Shown here in pieces: positions 37,036 through 49,262 of a stretch of DNA of 64,000 bases (positions within the stretch are counted from its first letter, which is position 1; every line of letters starts with the position of its first letter). Below the pieces are notes generated by a model. It did no database searches, was not told the origin of the DNA, and worked only from the letters and a program-made list of their open reading frames with translations. The position numbers and the translations under genes are program-made. Source of the DNA: Chiloscyllium plagiosum (lineage: Eukaryota). The stretch covers positions 76,133,321-76,197,320 of the forward strand of contig NC_057719.1 in NCBI RefSeq assembly GCF_004010195.1, read 5' to 3'.

Positions 37036-40000
37036 ATGTTAGTTGTTGATTAATAAAGTAGAAACAATGCCAAGGGTTATAGGAAAAAGGCATGACATTA
37101 TCACAATTGTCAGCCAGTACAATCACAATAGGCTGAATGGCATCCTTCTGCATTGTAACAATTCTGTGAAATACATTGACTTGCATTTAAGCTGTGGCTG
37201 TAGGACATTATGAAATGATTCCTGCACTTAGTAATATAACAGAACGATAGGATTCAAAGTAATTCATTGTACGTGACGTACTTTGGGATTTGCCTGAGGT
37301 TAGTGAGAAGGTGCCACATAAACACAAATAATTTTCTTTTGTCATTTGCACCAGTACAATAGCAAACCATTAAAAGCCTGTTCCTTTGTTCATCAGGACA
37401 AAAATATTTTACCTCTCATTCAAATCGATCCACAATAACATGCTAACACCAGTTTTTTTTTGTTGTGTTGGAACTAATGCAGAATACAGATTTAAAGAAG
37501 ATACATTGAAAACCAATAAAGCAAGATTCTTTTCATAGAGATACAGGGAATTTCTGATGTGGAAACAGGTCATTGGGTCCTCCAAGCCTCGAAAATCAAG
37601 CCTCCGGCAAATTCCTCATTACAGGCGGCACATTGTTGCCATATCTCTTCATCTCTCTTTCCTTCATCAGCTATCCAATCTAATCTTGAATATCAGCATT
37701 GTTTCTGTCTTAACCACCAACGCAGGAAGTGAATTCCAAAACCTGACAGTTCTTTGTGTGAAAATGTAGCTTCTGCCTTTTCTTCTGAATCACTTTTAAT
37801 CTTGTACCCAGGATCTTCCTGTCTAATCCCTAAAACTGCTTTTAAGTCTGTTTCTAACCACTGTGACCTATCTTTACAGAATTCTAAACACTTCTATCGC
37901 ATCATGCTATAAATGGAGGAAAACCAGTATATGTGATGGAATCAGATTTGAGTTTTATGCTGACTCTGAGTTGAGAATTAATATTACTCTCATTATCTTC
38001 CACTAATGGTTTTAATTGTCAAACCCCTAACCAGAGGGAATGGGGAGGGTGAGAATTACTTCTGCTACAAATCCATTCTGTAAGAATACTTGACTATCTT
38101 CATGCGCTGAATGAAAATAGAAAACCTTTCTATGTACTAGCTAATGTTGCTTAGAAACAGGGATGATATGAAATCTTCCTTTCTCATGCAATGTTTGAAG
38201 CTTCACAAGTTTGCTTTTGCAAGTCGCTGTATCGGAGGACTTGAAATACTGGTCTTCATACCAAGAAGAAATTTGGATGTTTCCTCCTGAGTCATTGTAT
38301 ATTCTCATACCTCATTACTGATTAGTGCTGGATTTTCTCCAAAAGCTGACAGACATCAATTGTTGATTGAATATTACTTATTCTACAATTTTGTTGGTGG
38401 TGATCATAAAGGAGAACTCTTAGGTCAGGCACAGAATAAATATTCACTTAGTGACCCTTATATTATGTTTCTACCCAACCTCAGAGGGCACACCCGATCA
38501 GTGTGAATCTTGAACAATTACTGCTCTGATTTCTTTGAGAGACAGTGATAATTATGTGCCAAGTTCTGGACCATTCTGAAACACAGCACTCTCTCCAATA
38601 GTTGAGACTGTTGAGTAACTATTGTTTTTAATTGGTTTCAAATTACTCTTTCCTTCTTCTACTTATCACTGCAGATTACAGATGTTATCTCATATTCTAT
38701 TTGACTTTTCTTCTTAGTAGGACCTGCTGCCTTGTTTTCCTCACCTTTACTAAGCTGCCGTCCCAAGGCCAAGCTTTCTTTGCTCAGCCTGGCATAGACT
38801 GTGCCCTTGGAGAACATAACCTCAAAGTTCAAGGCTATATTAATCAAAAGAGTCTTTCTTGGGCTCCAATTGTGTCTTGTGCTAGAGGTGTGTTTGTCTG
38901 AGAAGATAATGTTTGAGATCTTTCACCGCGAAGTTTACAGTATAATGCCTTTTGATCTGATCACTGCGAAAAGGCTTATCAGCTAAAGGGCTGGGATATG
39001 GAGTTAGGTTACAGATCAGTCATGGCAAAGGGACTTAAGGCTAGTCGATAGCTTTATGCTGGTGTTGGTCTCAGCATTGGGATGGAAAAGCCTGGATCCA
39101 GGACCAAAGCTAAGGACTGTAAAGTTAAACTCTTAACTTTGATTCCTTCCTTTCTGCCTTTATATTCTATGTCTTGGCTTATTTTCTGTGTTTAAAGTGG
39201 TGTCGGAGAGCGGCGACATTGTACAACACTTCTGACATGTAACACGTACACGTGACAAAAACTAAATCGAATTAAAATTAAACCTCATTAAATGACAAAA
39301 CAGAAGTGAGGGCTGAATGAGCTATTCCTGTTCCTATGGATACATTTTCCTATGTTCGAGGTATCGGATTCAACAAGCAGCCAGTCTTTGGGGTATATAA
39401 TACATGGGCTAATATATAGAAAACTACAAAACACATTGGGTAGTGTGGCACACAGCCTCCACAATGCCAGTCCATGTGCTGCAATGTCAACAAATATTGT
39501 ACCCATTATGTTATCATTAAAGGGTGAGCTTTGCTATCGACTGGAGCAGTGGATTGTGCAGATTTATCACCATAACTATGTGTTGCCCACTTCACCTTGT
39601 CCGGAAACCATCTAATCCTAACATTGTTACGCCATGGAAAATGCTAATGCACTTAGAATTTAGAAGCTAGCAAGTAACAATGTTAATCATTCACAATGAT
39701 TTAGAGTATTGTGAAGTTATGAACTCCAAGGAGAAGACCCATAAACCATCTTACTCCAACTCAAGTGTCAATCGGGTAAGGGAAAACATAGCCACAACAT
39801 TTCTCATCATTCAATGTCTTATTTACTGAATTCAGCAGGATGCGCTGCATAGTTGTGGGTCAAAGTGAATAGACTGCAGTGTTGTAGTATGAGGAATTAG
39901 TTGATTTAGAGCTTCAAACCTTGTTAGTGACACAACAGATAATGTGTCTGTAACTTCTGGAACTGTTGACCATGGAAAACCATTTCAGGAGATTAGATTA

Positions 40001-41176
40001 TGGTTTCTGTAAATTGTGCAAAGTTCTCCTTCCATTGGTATAGACTGTTCTCATTTTTGTGTGTGCATCATGTCTGTCTTTGTATGTTTTTAACCCAAAA
40101 TAATTAATGACCTCTCCTGTAAGTACCACTTCACAAAAGTCATGCACTCACCAAATATGTATTTCTATCCCCTGATCTGATCAAAATGAAAGTATTTTTC
40201 TAAAAAGTAATAAAATGACTAAAGATTGGAAATGACAACTTTTTCTTTCCTCTGCCTTTTTTTGAATGGGGCATGGTTAACAATGAAGGGGACTGTGATC
40301 TAAGCTGGAGGTGGACAAATAAGCAATCTCGGTTGATGGACGTCAAGTGACATTTGCTACAAGGCTTTTGTAGAGAAGAGTAAGGAAAACACAAATACAT
40401 GAAAAAAAGTCCAGAGAGGTGTAAGAATTCATATACAAATCTTAAGTAGGAAGCATTTTTTTTTTAAAATGCCTAAAACCTGAGGTTTTACAAACATCAA
40501 TATGCAAACAGAAACAATCAGGTAATATTGTTTTTGTTTTCCAGAAGGTGTTAGATATAGTTCTTATGGTTAAAGAGATCAAAGGGTATGGGTGAAAGCA
40601 GGAACAGGATACTGAAGTGGACGATCAGCCATGATCATATTGAATGGTGCAGGAGGCTCGAAGGCTGAATGGCCTACTCCTTGCTCCTATTTTCTATGTT
40701 TCTGTGAACTTTATTGACTAGATTGCAGTCAGAATATTATATCCAAAGTTTGGACATGTTACTTCTGGAAACACGTCAAAGTAATGAAGCAGGTACAAAG
40801 GTGATTCACTGAAATTATGCCAGTGAGAGAATTTAGTTTTGCAGAACAATGGGATCTTTTTTATTTGAACCAAAAAGATTGGGAGCAATGTGATATGGTT
40901 AAAATGTGCTGAGGCAAGTAATAAAGATGGGATTGCCAGGGAGAAGGAGATGGAAAGATGCAGTGACAAGAGATTTAAATACAGGGGAATTGGATGAGGA
41001 TTATGCAACTTACATGGGGAATGGAGAAAGGTAATCAATCAGTATTGCTGTAAACCCAAGTAAAATGGGAAAAACGAAAGACGCAGGCAGATTAGGAAGA
41101 GATTCAGAATCTATTCAGAACTTCGAGAAGCTATCTTAAATCATGGAAACAATTTCAATATTGTTCAGCAAGAAAC

Positions 41177-41459
41177 TAGATTAGATTACTTACAGTGTGG
41201 AAACAGGCCCTTCGGCCCAACAAGTCCACACCAGCCCTCTGAAGAGCAACCCACATAGACCCATTCCCCTACACCTAACACTACGGGTAATTTAGCATGG
41301 CCAATTCACCTAACCTGCACATTTTTGGACCGTGGGAGGAAACCGGAGCACCCGGACAATGTGCAAACTCCACATAGACAGTTGCCTGAGGCAGGAATTG
41401 AACCCAGGTCTCTGGCGCCGTGAGACAGCAGTGCTAACCACTGTGCCACCATGCCGCCC
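41177..41459 (-). mobile_element. HE1-like SINE
   Basis: Reverse complement of the 10539-10842 family. Confidence 0.93.
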
Positions 41460-41969
41460 AAATAGGGGGCATAATTTCAAGCAAAAGGGAATTGATTTAA
41501 TAAACTGTGATGTTAGTATATGCAATGCCCTTCCAGAATGCAGAGTACAGCTAAAATGGAAAACCCATTTACATATTTGGCAGAATCTGTTACCATTTTG
41601 AGTCCAAAATGATTCTTCTTCACAACTTTTGTTTCTCTCTCTCCAATGATGCTATGTTTCTCCAGCACTTTCTACATTTATTTCAGATTTCCAACATCCA
41701 TGGTATTTTTCTTCCACTTATCTTCTTTTTTCATGGTTTGAGTGTACACTCAGTACTCTGTTTACCAATTGTTATCTGTCATTAAATCCTCACAGAGATG
41801 CAATTTGACATGTGTGTTGCCTACCCTAATATACCAAGTTTGTTTCATGCATGTGCTTTCATTTTTGGTATATACTGGCTAAATCTTTCTGAAAATGCAA
41901 ACCAACTACTTGCTGTTATGTTCCTTACAAGACACAACAGGAGCTTCTGCTATGAACATTTGACATCTC

Positions 41970-42685
41970 ATTTTAGGTAAGCCTGGTCTCTTTCAGACAT
42001 GTTCCTTTGAACTTCTCATTGAACCTCACTTGATCCCTCACCTTGATGGTAATGTTGATGTGAGGTATATGCCAAGTCAAGAATTTACAACCTGTCGTGG
42101 AATACACGATGATTGCTGATGATTGCCCACAGCACCTCACAGATGTCCAGTTTTGAGCAGTAGATCTGTTCTGAAACTAGACCAATTAGCATTCTAGTAG
42201 TGACACACAACATACTGAGGGTATATTTTGTTTTAAATTCTTGTTTATTCTTTCTTCTTTTCCTATTTTTTTCCCATTACCCCAACACTACTGCTACACA
42301 ATGGTTATGTTTCCCCATGGCACTTGTGTTGTGTGTGTGCAAGTGTAGGGACTCAGTGAAGACACCATTTGTGCAAATAATTTTATTCAATATTGCCACC
42401 AGCAGGAAAAAAACCCCATGTGACCAGGGAACCAGTAACAAGCAAGGCCCAAGAGGGGCAAAAGTCAACCACATTGCTGTGGGTCTGGCTAGGTAAGAAT
42501 GGCAGTTTCCTTTCCTAATAGACATGAGTGAAGCAGATGGATTTTCCTTAACATCTGATTCATGGTCATCATTAGATCCTTAATTCTACATCTGCCATGG
42601 AGGGATTTGAACCCAGGTCTCTAGAACATTACCTGGGTTGCTAGATGAACAGTCAATGATAATACCTCTAGACCATCACCTCAGC
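41970..42685 (-). mobile_element. Fragments of the 11280-14229 LINE family (endonuclease region and 5' head) with an unrelated insert near 42215-42450
   Basis: GGATTTGAACCCAGGTCTCTAGAACATTACCTG is the reverse complement of 11328-11362. Confidence 0.6.
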
Positions 42686-44569
42686 ATGAAGGAGAGATTT
42701 CATCTCCACTGTGCATGGTCACTCTTAGCAATAATGTCATGGACAGATACATTGACAACATGTCGACTGGTGCAGATGAAATCAAGTAGGTTTCTCCCTC
42801 CCCACAGGGGCAGTCTGGGATTTTCTCCCTTCACTGACACATTTGCCTTCAATTGTATTTGGTCTTTGGAGGCTTCTGGATAATGCATCTGAACTGAGTT
42901 ACAATACTGTAATGAAAATGATTTATTCAACTGCTCACTCACCAATAACACAGTTTTTGCTGTCAACTATTCAACACAGTATAGCAGACAAGTAACAATC
43001 ATTATGCAAAGGCCCACTCTATTATAAAAGGCACTAAAAACTTGTTAGTTGTACTGCCACAGTGCCATGACAACTGGAATGATACTAAAGCATTCAACTC
43101 TCTGCAAAAGAATTATTAATATTCTCCTCTAGCCTTATTTATTGCATCTATCTCTTCCTTTGTGAGGTTTTGTAATGAATTTGTAGTCAAGTGGCAACTT
43201 CTAAAGTTAGACAATGCAGTCAAAGTATATATTATAAAGGATGTCAATTTTAATAACATTTCAACAAGGCTGAAATGCAGATCATTCAAAACGTCTGTTC
43301 ACGTACAAAATGGTAATGAGAAAAACAACTTTAGCGCATACATTTTGTAATTGTATTTTTAGAAAAAGATTGGACTGCAGCCTTGCCAACACTTCAAGAG
43401 TAAAAGCTGCCATTACAATGGAGATATTTGCAACAATGTCAGCAAAGACCTATAAGAAAGGACCCAGGAGGCACTACTTTGGAACATGACTTTGAACTGT
43501 CAGATCTGCTCATACCATGACAAGCCTCCATGGAAGCAGCCCATAAGGTGAAACTGCAAAACAAGCTGTGTTTACTGCTGATTCAGCTTATTTGTGTGGA
43601 ATTACTGGAATCCAAGTTACTGAAGATTACATTTTTTTCTGTTTACCTGCTAGTTGAGGTGTGCAGACTCCTTTGTTGAGCGTTTCCTATACCAGATCAG
43701 TTATACTCTATGGTAATGATAATACCAGCCTAACATAATTTACAGCACAATGCATGACTCAATATTGTCTTAATGGCTATGCAGATCTCATTGGAGTCAG
43801 ATGCGAGTCATCAGGTAAATCCAGTTGAGATTCCCTTCAAACTAATGCACATAACATGCTTTCAGTGAACTAAGTAACCACATCCACTTTGTATTTCAGA
43901 GTTAAAAGATTTGCTAATCAGGGAGACGACAGCACATTTGGGATTAACACACCGCTCCAAGCAATAACAGCACTTCAGTTCATATTCATCACCAGTAGTG
44001 CAGAGTTGAATTCTGAGGCGCCTCCTTAAAGGGATGTGTAAGTTACAGGAATAGGCATTTTGTTTCCCATTTAAAAAAAAATAAAAGCGCACATCACAAA
44101 AAGCAGAACTTCATCAACATGGAAGACCGTAGAAGAGAAAATTGCATACAGCTTGGGCTGTAAAACAAAACCTATAACCTGTGGGAAGGCAGGCAGAGTC
44201 TAAGAAAGAAATGAAGTTAGGCAGTGTGCTGTCTTGATTTCAGTGCAGTGAACACATCCCTGGTAGATGAGGAGCTTGTAGAATAACAGATTTTTAACAT
44301 TGTGTTCCATGTCCTCCATTAGCAATCAGTTACAGAGTGACAGTGGTACAGCCTGGGAACATTTTGTGACATATATTTATTCTCTCCTGAGATGTGGCAG
44401 TGCTATCAAGGAACATGGTTGCCCCATTTCTAATTGCCCTTAAACTGGAGTGGCCGGCCCTGCCATTTCAGAGGGAGCTAAGAGTCAAACACATCGCATG
44501 ATGGCCAGACCAGATAAGGATGGCAAATTCCCTTCTTTGCAACAAGCAAGTTCTCCAACAAGTTGTTCA

Positions 44570-45060
44570 TAGCGTGTGGTCGCCTTGAATGTGTATGGCA
44601 TATCATCTGCAGGAGTAGCTATCCCTCGATTCAAGGGTGATGTCTACTCAGGATCTCAAGATTCGGCTGTCGGTCTTGTTGCGATTGAACAGGCAGATTC
44701 TTGCCCCACAAATCTTGTCCCTAAAGGTGGCAAGGTGGTAGAGGGTGTGCTTCACTTCCTTTCTTCCTCTGCGCCTATTCAATCTTACCATTAAGGTACT
44801 TGGACTCAAAGCATGATGCAGCTCAATGGGCATGTTGTTGCCATTTTGAAAGATTTGTTGCAAGCTCCTCTTAGCCATTAGGGTCAGTTCTGCTGCACTT
44901 CAAGGAGAGCTCTGAAGTGTCTTTGTAGTGTTTTCTTCATCCATCCCTGGAATACTGACTCTTTGAATGTTGGGGGACACAGTACCTACCTTTGGATCAT
45001 CCTGACACATTGTCCCATCCATCATAGTTAGTTATAATGCAAGAGCATCGTATTTCATAA
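44570..45060 (-). mobile_element. Decayed RTE-type LINE fragment
   Basis: Minus strand reads about KKHYKDT...SLK, resembling the RTE C-terminal KRYKDTLKASLK motif. Confidence 0.45.
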
Positions 45061-45740
45061 AGCATTGTTATGGAAAGAAATTGAAGCCTCCATCACCATT
45101 ATCCAAAATGTTGAATTACAACATGTGTGTAAAATATGTGTTGCCACAGCAACATAATATCCTTGGGAGGTTGGATGGCTCAGTTGGCTGCCCAGGCAGT
45201 GTGAATCATCCTGGTGTCAATAACATGGAGCTTGATCCCTGTTCCAACTGGGGTGGACTTGGAAGCTGCTTCCTTGCCCTACTCGTGGTGGGTCAGACCT
45301 GCCGTCGATTCAGAAAATTGAGGAAGAAGATATACACAAATATTTATCGTGTAGATATATTACATCAACTACAAATGGTAAGTGTCTCATCATAGGAGCA
45401 TAGGACCAGAAGTAGACCATTCCAACTTTCTGTCATTTGGTTGGATTATAGCCGAACTGTAGCTCAACTCCCTTTTCCCAGTCTTTATATACATCCTCAA
45501 CAAAACCCCATTGCTAAAGATAAATTGGGAAATCTGAAATAAAAACAGCAAATGCTTGAAATACTTAGTCAGTTGGCAACTGTGAAGTGAGAAATAAAGT
45601 TAATATTTAAGGGCAATAGTGGGTCAATTTCAGGTCAATCTCTGTGTTGAAAAATGTCAATTAACATGTACAGCATTTATAGAAAGTTTGACTGAGCTGC
45701 TTGTAGAAAGTCCTTTCACTGCTGAATCAGCTTCTGTTTC

Positions 45741-45940
45741 CATGGTGAAGATGAGGCGTTGGGGACCGGGGAAGCGGAAATCCTGGAGGAGGTGGAGGGC
45801 GTGGGTGGTGGCACCTCCATCCCCCATCACGAAGGACCACCCAGTACCCTTCCACCGACACCCTCCTTCGACTGACTGAACTGGTCCTCACCCTGAACAA
45901 CTTTTCTTTCCAATCCTCCCACTTTCTCCAAACAAAAGGA
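45741..45940. mobile_element. Rearranged internal Penelope-like RT fragments
   Basis: Minus 45741-45810 gives TTHALHLLQDFRFPGPQRLIFTM. Plus 45813-45836 gives TSIPHHEG. Plus 45842-45940 gives QYPSTDTLLRLTELVLTLNNFSFQSSHFLQTKG. Confidence 0.82.
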
Positions 45941-46581
45941 GCTCTGGAGTTTCCCATCAGAGGAAATACTAATTTGGTATCTGCTCTTCATCGCTTCAGA
46001 CAGCAATGATTAGATCACCCTTCAAAGTTTTAATCTCAATGAAATACAGACCTAATTTATGCAATTTTCCCTGATAAATTAAATTTATAAACCCTAGTAT
46101 AATTTCTGATCAACCTGTGCGGTCCTCCTTTTTTTGAAGGATGTTATATTTTTCCTGAGAGCCGATCGCCAAAAGATAACATTTGACTAAGAGTCTACAC
46201 AACAACTCACTTGAATTCCAGCCCACTTGTGATAAAGGCCATCATTCCATTAGTCTTTAGATTACATTATTGGAAACTGTGTGAGAGGTCCAACAGGGTT
46301 ACAACAGACCGCAACCTGCATGGGTTCATCAGCGCTGCTACAATCATTTATAGCTTAAACTGCCGTCCTGCTCAGATACAATAGAAGAGAGCTATCAAGG
46401 ACAGAGAGGCAGTGGCATTGGCACAAACAATTTGCAAGGTTTCTCAGCTGAAACTCAGTGTTTAATTTCAGCGTTTCTCACTCCATTCTTCGGCAATTCA
46501 GCCCAGCATCCTTAGGTTTGATTGAAAATCAACAGTCAAGGTTCTTGCTCCTTGTTCCAAATTCTAAGCAGTGATCTGGGG

Positions 46582-46885
46582 TTGGTTAGTTCAGTCAGCT
46601 GGATGCAATGCAGTGTGATGCCAACACCATGCATATAATTGTCGCATCAACTGACATTACCAACCTTCCCAACCTCTCCCCTTGCCTGAAGCATGGTAAC
46701 CCTCAGGTTAACCCACCACCAGTTATGAAGAAGGGCTAATGCCCGAAACGTCGATTCTCCTGTTCCGTAGATGCTGCCTGACCTGCTGCGCTTTTCCAGC
46801 AACACATTTCCATCTCCACCACCAGTTATCCCTTTCTGAGGAGAGAGCAGCCCTATGATCTGGTAGGACTATGGTGACTTTATTT
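46582..46885 (+). mobile_element. tRNA-derived SINE (family of 30730-30958) interrupted by a Penelope-like insertion
   Basis: Head TTGGTTAGTTCAGTCAGCTGG and tail GCAGCCCTATGATCTGGTAGGACTATGGTGACTTTA. Confidence 0.75.
46727..46815 (+). mobile_element. 89-bp Penelope-like terminal insertion with 14-bp TSD, beginning inside the hammerhead core
   Basis: CCACCACCAGTTAT at 46713-46726 and 46816-46829. Insert reads (T)GAAGA-A-GGGC-TAAT-GCCC-GAAA-CGTC. Confidence 0.88.
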
Positions 46886-47704
46886 TAATCAGTGACCTTC
46901 CCTAGACATGAAATAGGAACAAACTTGAACACAGCTTTGATGTTCTCTGCAGTTAGGAAAACAATGTTTATTGTTGAGATACAACAGAACTGCCAGTGGA
47001 ATCATTATAACTGAAAGAGTAGACCTTTGAAAAGTAGTGGAGGGGTATATTAGAGGAAGAAGAGTTATAATCAAATAATGTCAGCTTCATAAAGAGAATG
47101 CTTAATAGGCTGGGGCCTCTGAGCTCAGGGCCATTGCGTTCCAATTAAAACGGCTTTAAAGAAAATAGATTAGGTGGTTCGGATTTCACTGGAGACAAAT
47201 AAAAAAGTGATGTTGGGAAGCATTCCAGCTTTAACTAAAGATATGTAACACAGTGAATGTATCATGTTGTTTCATCAATTAAATAAAAGCTGGTTTTACT
47301 GCATTCTCTCATTAAACATTGAAATAGCATGTCTACATGTAGCAAAGAGTTTACATAAATTTATTATCTGTAAGCAAAACACTGATTGGAGCTTATACTA
47401 TGAATTGAGCTCTGTTAATACATACCCATCAGCATATATGACCAAAAGATAAATCCAACTAATTTGTTTGTGATGCAGTTTCACCTATTATGGCAATGTC
47501 ATACAGTCATAGAAGCAACTTGGTCATGCCCACCAGCTTTGCTCAACTGAACTATTTCCATTTGCCAGTGTTTGGTTCATATCCCTCTAAACCTTTAATT
47601 ATCCAGATACCAATCCATGATACAAATTCAGTGCTGTATCTAACAGGAATTTATCAGGATTCATGCTGGATACAGATCGGAAATCCTTTATTCAAAAATC
47701 TCTG

Positions 47705-47812
47705 GTTTTCAGATACAGGATAGCTTCAGTTTTCAGATACAACATAGTTTCAGTTTTCAGATGAAGGATAGTTTCGGAGTTCAGATACAGGATAGTTTCG
47801 GTTCTCAGATAC
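47705..47812. repeat. 24-bp tandem repeat, about 4.5 copies
   Basis: GTTTTCAGATACAGGATAGTTTCA units starting at 47705, 47729, 47753, 47777 and about 47801. Confidence 0.9.
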
Positions 47813-47889
47813 ACTTACAGTCAATTAGGGTCTGCTGTCAAAACATCCTCATTTTTTACATTTTTTGTTTTTGAATGTGCAGGCAAAGG

Positions 47890-48210
47890 ATACCCAAACT
47901 CTGAATTTTCACAGAACCACAGAAATATTTCGGTGTAGGAGACCATTTGGCCACTTGAGCTTGCATTGGCTCTCTGTGCATTTTAATTGAGTACCAATTT
48001 CCTCCTTTTTCTCATAACCATGCACATTGTCTCTACTTGAATATTTTTCTGATGCCCTCTTGCATGCCTCAATTATTCTCATCCCCACCACACTTCCAGT
48101 CAGTGCATTCCAAACCCGAACCATTTGTTCTATTAAAAAAAGGTTTTTCCCAGCTCATTCTTAGTTATTTTGCAAAACAGTGTATCCTTTGGCTCTAGAT
48201 TGTTTTATGA
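47890..48210 (-). mobile_element. Old CR1-type 3' end
   Basis: VRVWNALTGSVV motif and a CCTAATGGTCTCC-type tail. Confidence 0.6.
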
Positions 48211-48965
48211 GCATGCACAAACAGGAATCAGATGTACTTTCAAATTGGGATAACTACATTTTGGTGGGAAGAAGCAACATTGTTTGAGATATTCTGAGTG
48301 CAAACGTTTTTTTTTCTTTTTTGGATTAGGTGGGCAATGTTCCATGTCCTTGAAATAGTTACACATTACTTCAACTTTACACTTGTACTCTTACATAGAC
48401 TACAAACTTTGAAACAAATTTTACACGTTATTAAACATTTTTTTGGCCTCATTTGCTGGACTGTAGTTCCATCAATGAGGCTACCCTTTAACCCCGTGAC
48501 ATTATTCCAATGTATAATTTAGTATTAAACATTTAAAGACTTTTCCATGATGAAAGGGCTGTGAACCTGAACTTACTCTCATCCTCAATCAAACTTCACA
48601 GCTACTTTTTCTCCCAGGCATTGCTAGGTCTAGATCAGAAACATAAGGCTTTCCTGCTCCTGCATTTTCTCCTGATTCAGTCTCATGCTGCACATGAACT
48701 AACAGCTACAAATTACTGGGAAAAGAGACAAACCTCTTTCATCTTTCACCAGGACAAAATCTAGATTTTCAAATTTCAAATGATCGCAGCCATTTATACT
48801 TTGGGAGAAATAGGTGCTGACTAGCAAATCAACTCAGATTTCCGAGGCGTCACCATGGAGAAAGCAAGAGTACCAATAGAAACCAATTCCTATGGTCATA
48901 ATTAAAAGATCATTTGAAATTCGGCATTCATGCAGTTGCCCTGTTTTGACAATATGCTTAGCTTT

Positions 48966-49262
48966 GGGGAGCATGGTGGCTCAGCAGTTGGCACTGCTGT
49001 CTCAGAGTACCAGGAACCTGGGTTCAATTTCACTGTCTGTGTAGAGTTTGCACATTCTCCCTTGTGTCTGCATGAGTTTCCTCCAGGTGCTCTGGCTTCC
49101 TCCCACAGACCAAAGATGTGCAGGTTAGGTGGATTGGCCATGCAAAATTGCCCATAGTGTCCCGGGATGTGGAGGCTAGGGGGATCAGCCAAGGTGGATG
49201 GGATGCTCTTTGGAGGGGAGGTGTTGACTCGATGGGCTGAATGGCTTGCTTCCACACTGTAG
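48966..49262 (+). mobile_element. HE1-like SINE (older copy)
   Basis: tRNA-like head, core and TTCCACACTGTAG tail. Confidence 0.88.

Noticed and set aside
38659..38901. Possible minus-strand exon ending at a GTGAGG donor
   Set aside because: The acceptor is weak, the peptide is unrecognisable and no partner exons were found.
10550..43065. V(D)J recombination signal heptamers (CACAGTG) suggesting an Ig/TCR locus
   Set aside because: Those seen lie in repeats or lack a nonamer at 12/23 spacing, and no V, J or C segments were recognised.
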